Translations under genes and position numbers: made by a program
The notes under the pieces: generated by a model
The model's input: only the letters and a program-made list of their open reading frames with translations
Databases searched by the model: none
Told to the model about the DNA's origin: nothing
Source: Octopus sinensis
Taxonomy: Eukaryota
Length of the DNA: 64,000 bases
Direction: 5' to 3'
NCBI RefSeq assembly: GCF_006345805.1
Contig: NC_043025.1
Span: forward strand, 13,640,001 to 13,704,000
In this document: positions 1 to 10,684 of the stretch, in pieces
Position numbering within the stretch: position 1 is the stretch's first letter
Layout: each line of letters starts with the position of its first letter

Positions 1-411
1 AAAGAATTTAGTAAAATAACTTAGTTATCATTCAGCTAGTATTAGGAACATAAATTGTGACTAAGGTTTGGTGGAAGATTTTAATTCAAAACTTATGAAA
101 ACAAGACATTTGTACTACAGAGCCAGAGGTGGTTTCAGCCGGGTTGGTATCAAAAGGGTTAAGAATTGCTTCTCTATTATATATTTTAACCCTTTTGTTA
201 CCATATTTCTGTTGAGATGCTCTGTGTTTCTTTCAATTAATTTTAAATATAACAAAGAATTTAGTAAAATAACTTAGTTATCATTAAGCTAGTGTTAGGA
301 ACATAAATTGTGACTAAGGTTTGGTGGATGATTTTAATTTAAAACTTATGAAAACAAAACATTTGTACTACAGAGCCAGTGACGGTTTTAGCTGGGTTGG
401 TATTGAAAAGG
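1..411. mobile_element. Two tandem piggyBac-type MITEs (partial 1-158; full 190-411)
   Basis: TTAA|CCCTTTTGTTACC ... GGTATCAAAAGGG|TTAA termini (right end of the second copy is degenerate); no ORF. Confidence 0.75.
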
Positions 412-673
412 TTAAAAAAAACAAGTGCTGTGGCCACAGTCAAATGATTGACACCAAAAGAAAAAAAATATATATATAAACAGAACCACTTATTTTGATC
501 TCCCACTGACTTTTGGCAGTTACTATCTGGTAAATTATCTCCTTCTGTTTGCAATAAGACCTGCAGAAGGAAATCTGGGTTGTCATGCTATGTGAAATGT
601 CACAATTGATTTTCTGCTATCATTCACAGCAAAAACAGGCTTTGATATCATTTGGTGTCTGGTTTCTGTGCTG

Positions 674-871
674 TTGTTAAGCAACAAGACGGTAAGGGTG
701 GTGGTCTAGGGCTTAGGGGCAGGAGACCCAGACCTTGGGGAGAAAAAAAACAAAAAAACTTTGGTCGTCTTGTTGTAGTCGAGGGCTCTTCGTTGACGCC
801 CGACACCACTGGGAGGTGGCCCTCGAAGTCGCTGGGAATCGAGATCTCCAGGTCCAAATTCTTGGACGGCT
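674..871 (-). mobile_element. Short structured retroposon (SINE-like, no obvious tRNA head), copy 1
   Basis: Direct repeat ggtttctgtgctg at 661-673 and 872-884; homologous to 15579-15956; 3' end cttgttgcttaacaa. Confidence 0.75.
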
Positions 872-1322
872 GGTTTCTGTGCTGGCATCGGTTGGACAGT
901 TTGGCTGAAAAACTGGTAAGCTGGGGAGAGCTGCACCAGGTTCCAGTCTGATCTGGCAAGGTTTCTACAGCTGGATGCCCTTCCTAATGCCAACCACTCC
1001 AAGAGTGTAGTGGGTGCTCTTCACATGCATAAAAAGCACTCTTTGAACATTCAGAAATACCAAATAAGGAGCTCTATGTTTTTTCATATTCATATTAAAA
1101 ATGTTTTAAATATATTCTTTTACTTGTTTCAGTCTTGTGCTATTGCTTGTCCATTGCTGGGTCGCAGTAAAAATTTCTCACTAAATCAAGAGCTAAGTTT
1201 CTTATCACATTTCAGCCCGGGGCCAGTTTTGTTGTTTATGAGCTAGTTGGAGCTTTTAATGAGAGTAATTAACATTCATTGGACTTTGGTTTTCACACCT
1301 GGAACAGAATAATCATGGAAAA

Positions 1323-1597
1323 TTAGAAGGGACTGTGCACATGCCATTAGTCGGACAAAAAAAGGAGGCAGAAGAAAGTGAAAAACTCGAATTTGGCCGC
1401 AAAATAACATATGGGCATAAGGGGTCGGTTTATTGGGGGGGGGGGCGACTGGGGAAATGAAAAGATCATCATGACCACCCTCGGGCAGTTTTGAAAGCCC
1501 ATAGAAAATGCGAGCCTTTTACGTGAAAAACTGTGGATTTGTATAAAGGACACACTGACACACAGATACAGTCATTTTCGGTTTATAGATATAGAGA
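1323..1597 (-). mobile_element. Non-autonomous Helitron-like element
   Basis: Minus strand A|TCtctatatctataaa ... CTAA|T; the 3' hairpin is weak. Confidence 0.45.
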
Positions 1598-1887
1598 TAT
1601 GTTATGGCGAAAGTAGGGATAATTTTTGACTTCCCTTGTGTATATACAGGCCAAGTTCAAGACATTGTGTCTTACGAAGGAGATGACGAAGGGTCATCAG
1701 GAGGGAACGTGTGCTCTTTTGGGGGCCCCCAATGTTTAGGGCATTATTGTTTGTCTGCCTTTCTGTCTGTTCGTCCTGTTTCTTTTTACCTGTGTGTGTG
1801 TGTGTCTCTTCAGCTTCACTTACCTTCCCACTCTCTTCATCTCTGTCTCTTCACTTACCTTCCCACTCTCTCTATACCCCCCCACAG

Positions 1888-2104
1888 GTGCCGGCCTAGC
1901 TACAGTCGTCGTCTCCTACCTGTTCACCACCTACTACAACATCATCATCACCTGGTCGTTCTACTACCTGTTCAACACCTTCACCTCCCTCATGCCGTGG
2001 ACCCACTGTAATCACACCTGGAGCTCTCCCACCTGCTGGGACTCGGGGTCGGTCAACACCACTGCACCCAATGACACCATCTCACCCACTGAGAACTTCT
2101 TTAT
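1888..2104 (+). CDS. SLC6 exon: TM3 and EL2
   Basis: cccacag|GT...AT|gtaagt; [51 protein letters not shown]..., with sequons NHT, NTT, NDT. Confidence 0.95.
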
Positions 2105-2501
2105 GTAAGTACTTGGTTTGTTCTCTTGTTCGCTTATTCTGTTCATTCGTTACTGTCTTTGTTCGTTAATGTATTTGCTCATTAGCGAAGGGGCGTGGCT
2201 TGGTGGTTACTCTCTTTATCTCTTTTACTTGTTTCGGTCATGTGACTGTGGCCATGCTGGAGCACTGCCTTTTTTAGTCGAGCAAATCGACCCCAGGACT
2301 TATTCATTGGAAGCCCAGTACTTATTATATCGGTCTCTTTTGCTGAACCGCTAAGTGACGGGGACGTAAACACACCAGCATCGGTTGTCAAGCAATGTTG
2401 GGGGGACAAACACAGATACACATACATATACATACATATATATATATATATGTGTGTATGTATATATATATATACGATGGGCTTCTTTCAGTTTCCGTCT
2501 A

Positions 2502-2532
<31 letters not shown>

Positions 2533-5500
2533 CGACGGGCTTCTTTCAGTTTCCATCTACCAAATCCACTCACAAGGCTTTGGTCGGCCCGAGGCTATAG
2601 CAGAAGACACTTGCCCAAGGTTGCCACGCAGTGGGACTGAACCCGGAACCATGTGGTTCGTAAGCACGCTACTTACCACACAGCCACTCCTATGCCTAGG
2701 TCAGGTGAATTCGACTCACATTCGTAAGGTCATGAGTTCAATTCCCAGCAATGTGTTGTCCTTGAGCAAGACACTTTATTCCACATTACTCCAGTACCTC
2801 CCCCCCAAGCTGGCAAAAAAATGAGTGGTACCTGTTATTCAAAAGGGGGCCAACCTTGTCCCATTCTGTGTTTTCACTGAATCTCTCTGAGAACTACGTT
2901 AAGGGTACACATGTCTGTGGGGTACTCGGCCACTTACACGTTAATTTCATGAGCGGGCTGTTCCGTTGATCGGTTCAACCGGATCCCTTGATGTCGTAAC
3001 CGACGGAGTACTTCTTGTGAAGGCACGTGGCTTAGGGTTAGGGCATTCGTCTCACGATCATAAGGTCCTGAGTTCAATTCCCGGTGACGAGTTGTGTCCT
3101 TGAGCAAGACCCTTTATTCCACTCGACCCACCTGACCAAAATGAGAGAGCAGTACCTGTAATTCACAAGGGTTCAGCCTTGTCCCATTCTGTGCCCTGCT
3201 GAATCTCCCTGAGCGCTACGTTAAGGGTACACGTGTCTGTGGAATACTCAGCCACGTTAATTTCACGAGCAGCCTGTTCTGTTGATTGGATCATCTGGAG
3301 AACATGTCGTCATAAACAACAGATTCAGGCTAATTATAGTGTTTGTTCGTTAACTTGTATTACATTCATCACTGTGTTTGCTCGTTAGCTGGTTTGATCA
3401 TTACTTTCTTCATAACCTTATTCGTTACCGTGTGTTCGTTAATTTGTTTTTCTTTGTTACTTCATTAACCATTATCTTGCAAGCTGCTTTATTTCATTAA
3501 GTTGTGCATGCTTCATTAATCCATTTGTTTGTTACTAATTTGCTCATTAATATCTTTGCTCGTCACTAATTTACTCATCACTATGTTAACTCCCTGCTAA
3601 TTTACTCGTTATTATGCTTGCTCATTACTAATTTTTTCATTATATTTGCTTGTTATTACATCTGCTCATTATTACGTTTGTTAATTACTAATTTGCTCAT
3701 TACTAATTAGTTTCATTACTACATTTGCTCGTTATTACTTTTGTTAATTACTAATTTGCTCATTACTAATTAGTTTCATTACTACATTTGCTCGTTATTA
3801 CTTTTGTTAATTACTAATTTGCTCATTACTAATTAGTTTCATTACTACATTTGCTCGTTATTACTTTTGTTAATTACTAATTTGCTCATTACTAATTAGT
3901 TTCATTACTACATTTGCTCATTATTGTTAATTACTAATTTGCTCATTACTATGATTGGTCATTACTAATTAGTTTCATTACTACATCTGCTCATTATTAC
4001 ATTTGTTAATTACTAATTTGCTCATTACTGTGATTGCTCATTACTAATTAGTTTCATTACTACATTTGCTCATTATTATGTTTGTTAGTTACTAATTTGC
4101 TCGTTACTATTGCTCATTACTAATTAGTTTCATTACTACATTTGCTCGTTATTACATTTGTTAATTACTAATTTGCTCATTACTACATTTGCTCATTATT
4201 ACGTTTGTTAATTACTTCGTTTGCTTCTCACAACATCTGCTCATTACTTTGTTTATTATCTTCTTTGTCGTTGAGTTTATTTCTTAATTTGTTTGCTCGT
4301 TAACTCATTAATTACGTTATACTAGTTACTTTATTAATTTATTCGGTGTACATTAATTCATTTGCTTCTCACTGGATTTCTTCATTAATTAATTTATTAG
4401 TTCGTTAATTAACTTATTACTGAATTTGAATATTAATTAATTTTCTCATTATTATGCTTGCTCGTTATGACACCTACTCATTAATTTGTTCATTATTTGA
4501 TACTTATTTTTATTTTATATCTTGTATCAGTCATCAGAATGCGACCCTGCTGGAGCATCGCCAAGGAGGATTTTTAGTCAAATCGGTTGACGCTAGTATG
4601 TTTTTTTTTAAAACTTGGTACTTATTCTATTGATCTCTGTTGCTGATCTGCTAAGTTATGGGGATGTAAACACACCAACACCGATTGGCAAGCGGTGGTG
4701 GGGGACAGACAAAGACACACACGATGGGCTTCTTTCAGTTTCCATGTCCACTCACAAGGCTTTGGTTAGCCCAAGACTATAGTAGAAGACACTTGCCCAA
4801 GGTGCCTCAGAGTGGGACTGAACCCAGAACCATGTGGTAGGGAAGCAAGCTTCTTACCACACAGCCATGCCTGCACTTATATGTATAATATATACACCAT
4901 TTAGCAGTTCGGCAAAAAGATACCGATAGAATAAGTACTAGGCTTACAAAGAGTAAGTCCCGGGGTCGATTTGCTCGACTAAAGGCGGTGCTCCAGCATG
5001 GCCGCAGTCAAATGACTGAAACAAGTAAAAGTAAGTACATACAAAGGTGGCAAGCTGGCAGAAACGTTAGCACACCGGGCATTGTTTTGTCTGCCGCTAT
5101 GTTCTGAGTTCAAATTCCACCAAGGTCAACTTTGACCTTCATCCTTTTGGGGTTGATAAATTAAGGACCAGTTACGCACTGCAAAAGAATAAGTACTGGG
5201 GTCAAACCATTTGACTAAAGAATTCTTCAAGGTGGTGCCCCAGCATGGCCACAGTCTGATGACTGCAACAAGTAAAAGATAACAATTTAAAGATAATTTT
5301 ATTGCATTTTTTTTTTTATTTTGTGTTTTTTTTTCTTTCTCTTCTTCCAGGAACTCCCTACTCCAGAAAACTCCTCGAATGGAAGAACAGGGAGTAATCC
5401 GATGGGAACTGGTGCTCCTGTTAATGTTATGTTGGCTGCTTGTATATTTCTGTATCTGGAAAGGTCCCAAGTCCACTGGCAAGGTATTGGTTATTCGTTA

Positions 5501-8500
5501 TCTCTTAATTAATTAATTAAAGCAACAAGGTGGCAGAATCGTTAGAACGCTGGGCAAAATGCTTAGCGTCATTTCATTTGTTTTTACATTCTGAGTTCAA
5601 TTCCACGAAGTTCTACTTTGCCTTTCATCCTTTCAGGGTCAATGAAACAGGTACCAGTTGAGTACTGGGGGTCGATGTAATTGACTATTCCCCACTCCCC
5701 AAGTTTCAAGACTTGTGCCTTTTGTGGAAAGGATCGGCCTTCTGGCAGAATCGTTAGCATGCAGGACAAAACGCTTTGCAGCATTTTGTCTGTCTTTACG
5801 TTCTGAGTTCAAATTTTGCCGTGGCCCCCTCTCCTGAAATTGCTGGCCTTGTGTCAAAATTTGAAATCATTGTTATTATTATTAAGGCGGCAAGCTGGCC
5901 GAAACATTAGCACGCCGGGCGAAATGCTTAGCGGTATTTTGTATGCTGCTACGTTCTGAGTTCAAATTCCACACGATGTCGACTTTGCCTTTCATCCTTT
6001 TGGAGTCGATTAAATAAGTACCAGTTACGCACTGGGGTTGATATAATCAACTTAATCCGTTTGTCTGTTCTTGTTTGTCCCCTCTCTGTTTAGCCCCTTG
6101 TGGGCAATAAAGAAATAAGAAACATTAGCATGCCAGACAAAATACTTAGTTCAAATTCCACACAATGTCGACTTTGCCTTTCATCATTTCGTGGTCGATT
6201 AAATAAGTACCAGTTACACTCTGGGGTTGATGTAATCCCTTCCCCCAAATTTGAGGCCTTGTGCTTCCAGTAGAAATATTATTATAATTACAGCAATGAG
6301 CTGGCAGAATGGTTAGCAACGTCCGGCAAGATGCTTAGCAACATTTCACTCATCTTTGTATTCTAGGTTCAAACTTTGCTGAGGTTGACTTTGCCTTTCA
6401 GCCTTTGGGGGTCGATGAAATATGTACCAGTTACACACTGGAGTCGCTGTAATCGACTAGACCCCCCCCCCGCTTCAAATTTCAGGCATTGTGCTTATTT
6501 CTCTCTGTCTTTGTCACTCCTATCTTTCTACACGGCACTTCCGCCTCCTCTGTCTCTCCATGTCATTTATGTCACTGCTATCCTTCCATCCATTGTAGTT
6601 CTCTCCTCTCCCTCTCTCTCCTCTCCCTCTCTCTCCTTCCTTCTCTTTCTCTCCTCTCCCTCTCTCTCCTTCCTTCTCTTTCTCTCCTCTCCCTCTCTCT
6701 CCTTCCTTCTCTTTCTCTCCTCTTCCTCTCTCCTTCCTCTCCTCTCACTCCTGTCCCTTCTACACCACACATTATTTATCCTCCTCCTTCTCCTCCTCCA
6801 CCCACATCTCTCCATGTCTTCCTCTCTCTCTTCTCCAGGTCGTTTATGTCACTGCCATCTTCCCATACATCGTGCTCTTCATCCTGTTGATCCGAGGAGT
6901 AACTCTGCCAGGGGCCAAGGAAGGGATTCTGTTCTTCATTAAACCGAAATGGTACCAACTTGCGGATGCTAAAGTAAGTATTGACTGACATCATCCTCAG
7001 GTTTGCTACTGCTCTCAGGTTCACTCCTGATGATGGCACTGGGGAAGTCTGGCAGCTGATCGCTGGCAAGGTTTTTATAATTTTATCGTTTATTTGTTTC
7101 AGCCATTTCATTGTGGCCATGCTGGGGCAAAGCCTTGAAGAATGCTTAGTCAAATGAATCAACCCAGTACTTATTTATTTATCTTTTTGGTTTTGTTTTA
7201 AGCATGGTAGTTATTCACTCAGTCTGTTTTGCCAAACCGCTAAGTTACAGGGATGTAAACACACCAACACTGGTTGTCAAGCAATGTTGGTGAACATACA
7301 CACACATACACTTACATATATGTGTGTGTGTGTGTATATGCAATAGGCTTCTTTCAGTTTCCATCTACCAAATCTACTCACAAGGTTCTGTTTTGCCAAA
7401 CCGCTAAGTTACAGGGATGTAAACACACCAACACTGGTTGTCAAGCAATGGTGGTGAACAGACACACACACATACACTTACATATATGTGTGTGTATATG
7501 CAATAGGCTTCTTTCAGTTTCCATCTACCAAATCTACTCACAATTTTCTGGTTGACCCGAGGCTAAGGTAGAAGACAATTGCCCAAGGTGCCATGCAGTG
7601 AGACTGAACCTGGTAATTATTCACTCAGTCTGTTTTGCCAAACGGCTAAGGGTTGTTCAACGAACCACCCATGTTTCCAGAGGTGAATTATCCAAACCCC
7701 AAAGAATCCCTCTCACCACATGGCTATGATTTTCCCCCACTACTTCTACTCATGGTCAGAGATGCACATATCGTCAGCCACTAAGGGACATGGTCAACTG
7801 GTTAAGGTCAAACAACAGACAAGCAAATCTGTGGTATTGAGCAGAATATTTGCTGTAGCCCATCTTTTATACCAATACAAAACAATGTACATGATAACAC
7901 TTCCAATCAGTTAAGATCAGAAGCCATGAGAGCCACTGCCTGGGACTGCATCAGGGCATTTATTATTATTATTATTATTATTAGAAATATTAAATTTCTC
8001 ATAGAGATATATACGGTGGTGGGGTGATAGAATGGTTGTATACTGTCAATTTAACGTGACAGTAGGTGATTACACCATCGCTGTTTAGCCCTAGGAAGCA
8101 TCTACGCTTCTTGATGGCTTCAACACATTTTTTTTTTCCTATATAAGGACACAGGAAAAAATGTGTCGAATCCATCAGGAAGCATCGATGCTTCCTAGGG
8201 CTAAACAGCGATGATGTAATCCCCTACTGTCACGATAAATTGACAGTATACAACCATTATTATTATTATTATTCAGTAGTCTTATTTTTATATCGTGCTT
8301 TCACTTCACTACCGAGCGCAGCTCTGTGTGCCTTGGGTATGTGCTGTGATTTGTTGTGATGCTCTGATGGTTATTGTATGGAAAGTGTTCTGCGTAGGAT
8401 GTGTGCAGTGCCCAGTAGTGCAATTTTCTGTATGTTATATAAATTCATATATTATTATTATTATTATTATTATTTACCAAGGCAGTGTGTTTCTATAATT

Positions 8501-9846
8501 AAAATGTCGTTCCTGTTGTTTTGTTAATGTGAAAGTAATTAATTTATTTACTGTTACAATCAGAAGGGAACTAGTAAGCTGTACTTAATGAATCCAGGTC
8601 ATGGCTCTCGTTAACGTTAACGAAACCTGAATGTAGTGAACAAACAGAATGAGGTGCACACGCACGCACAAGCATGCACTTTATGTATATATAATGCGTA
8701 CTTGTGTGTGTGTGTGTATGTATATATATATATAACGACATTTATATATATGGAGGCGCAGGAGTGGTTGTGTCGTAAGTAGCTTGCTAACCAACCACAT
8801 GGTTCCAGGTTCAGTCCCACTGCCTGGCACCTTGGGCAAGTGTCTTCTGCTATAGCCCCGGGCTGACCAAAGCCTTGTGAGTGGATTTGGTAGACGGAAA
8901 CTGAAAGAAGCCTGTCGTATATATGTATATATATATGTGTGTGTGTGTGTGTTTGTCCCCCTAGCATTGCTTGACAACCGACACTGGTGTGTTTACGTCC
9001 CCGTAACTTAGCGGTTCAGCAAAAGAGACCGATAGAATAAGTACTAGGCTTACAAAGAATAAGTCCCGGGGTCGATTTGCTCGACTAAAGGCGGTGCTCC
9101 AGTATGACCGCAGTCAAATGACTGAAACAAGTAAAAGAGTAAAAGATATATATATATAATTCAAATCAGACCATGTTAACATCAAAAAGGTGCTTTTTTT
9201 CCTATGAAAATCCCTATATTTTTAACGATGTTTTTACTGCTGTGTCACCATTTTTCGGTGTATTTCAACCAGAAAAATGTTCTCTTAAAGAGAATAACAA
9301 GCTACAGAAGGCAAAATTTTTACTTTTCAAAAATTCCAAATCTAAAGGGTCGAAACAAACCTGAGCAACGCCAGGCGATACTGCTAGTTTTTTTTATGTA
9401 AAATGCAAATCCTACTATTACCTGGAATGATAAACTTTGAATCTTTCTGGGACACCATATTTCAATACTCTGAGGTGTCTTGTGACAGTGAAGCCTTCAT
9501 CTCAACTGTTTTACCTAAATAGTCTCGTCAACTGGTATAGATTGCGTTACAGCACAATTCATACGCAATAGCTACTGCATCAAGACATTGCATACACTCG
9601 TTGCATGCTGTGTGTGCATTTGCAGCCCTGAATAGTTTGCACTAGTAGACAGACCCACCCACTTCTACAGGTAGTCGCTGTTTACTGTACTCCATGCATT
9701 GTATGTGTGTGTGTGTGTTAAAAAAACATAAACATATGTTAAAAAACACAAAATAAATTTGCAAACAAATGGAAAACAGATCCAGAAAAACACCAAATCC
9801 TTGTCAGTTATCAACCAGAAAGTTAGTCACAATTTTGCATCTTCAA

Positions 9847-9890
<44 letters not shown>

Positions 9891-10250
9891 TATATATAGG
9901 CGCAGGAGTGGCTGTGTGGTAAGTAGCTTGTTTACCAACCACATGGTTCCGGGTTCAGTCCCACCGCATGGCACCTTGGGCAAGTGTCTTCTACTATAGC
10001 CTTGGGCCAACCAAAGCCTTGTGAGTGGATTTGGTAGACGGAAACTGAAAGAAGCCTGTCGTATATATATATGTGTGTGTGTGTGTGTGTTTGTTCCCCT
10101 AGCATTGCTTGACAACCAGTGCTGGTGTGTTTACGTCCCCGTCACTTAGCGGTTCGGCAAAAGAATAAGTCCCGGGGTCGAGTTGCTCAAGTAAAGGCGG
10201 TGCTCCATCATGGCCGCAGTCAAATGACTGAAACAAGTAAAAGAGTAAAA

Positions 10251-10299
<49 letters not shown>

Positions 10300-10646
10300 C
10301 GCAGGAGTGGCTGTGTGGTAAGTAGCTTGTTTACCAACCACATGGTTCCGGGTTCAGTCCCACCGCATGGCACCTTGGGCAAGTGTCTTCTACTATAGCC
10401 TTGGGCCAACCAAAGCCTTGTGAGTGGATTGGTAGACGGAAACTGAAAGAAGCCTGTCGTATATATATATGTGTGTGTGTGTGTGTTTGTCCCCCTAGCA
10501 TTGCTTGACAACCAGTGCTGGTGTGTTTACGTCCCCGTCACTTAGCGGTTCGGCAAAAGAATAAGTCCCGGGGTCGAGTTGCTCAAGTAAAGGCGGTGCT
10601 CCATCATGGCCGCAGTCAAATGACTGAAACAAGTAAAAGAGTAAAA

Positions 10647-10684
<38 letters not shown>

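Noticed and set aside
1424-1455. G-quadruplex-capable G runs
   Set aside because: Lies within a Helitron-like repeat; homopolymer length is unreliable and there is no functional evidence.
1604-1887. Upstream SLC6 exon (TM1-2) inside ORFs 1604-2011 and 1794-2108
   Set aside because: No SLC6 motifs (GN.WRFP, W...P..KG) and no usable donor; the sequence is intronic polypyrimidine and repeat.
6376-6942. 188-aa ORF as an intact gene
   Set aside because: SINE plus CT repeat; only 6839-6973 is a real exon, and it is read in another frame.
8755-8830. tRNA genes at SINE heads
   Set aside because: A/B-box-like motifs only; no complete cloverleaf, and they continue into SINE bodies.
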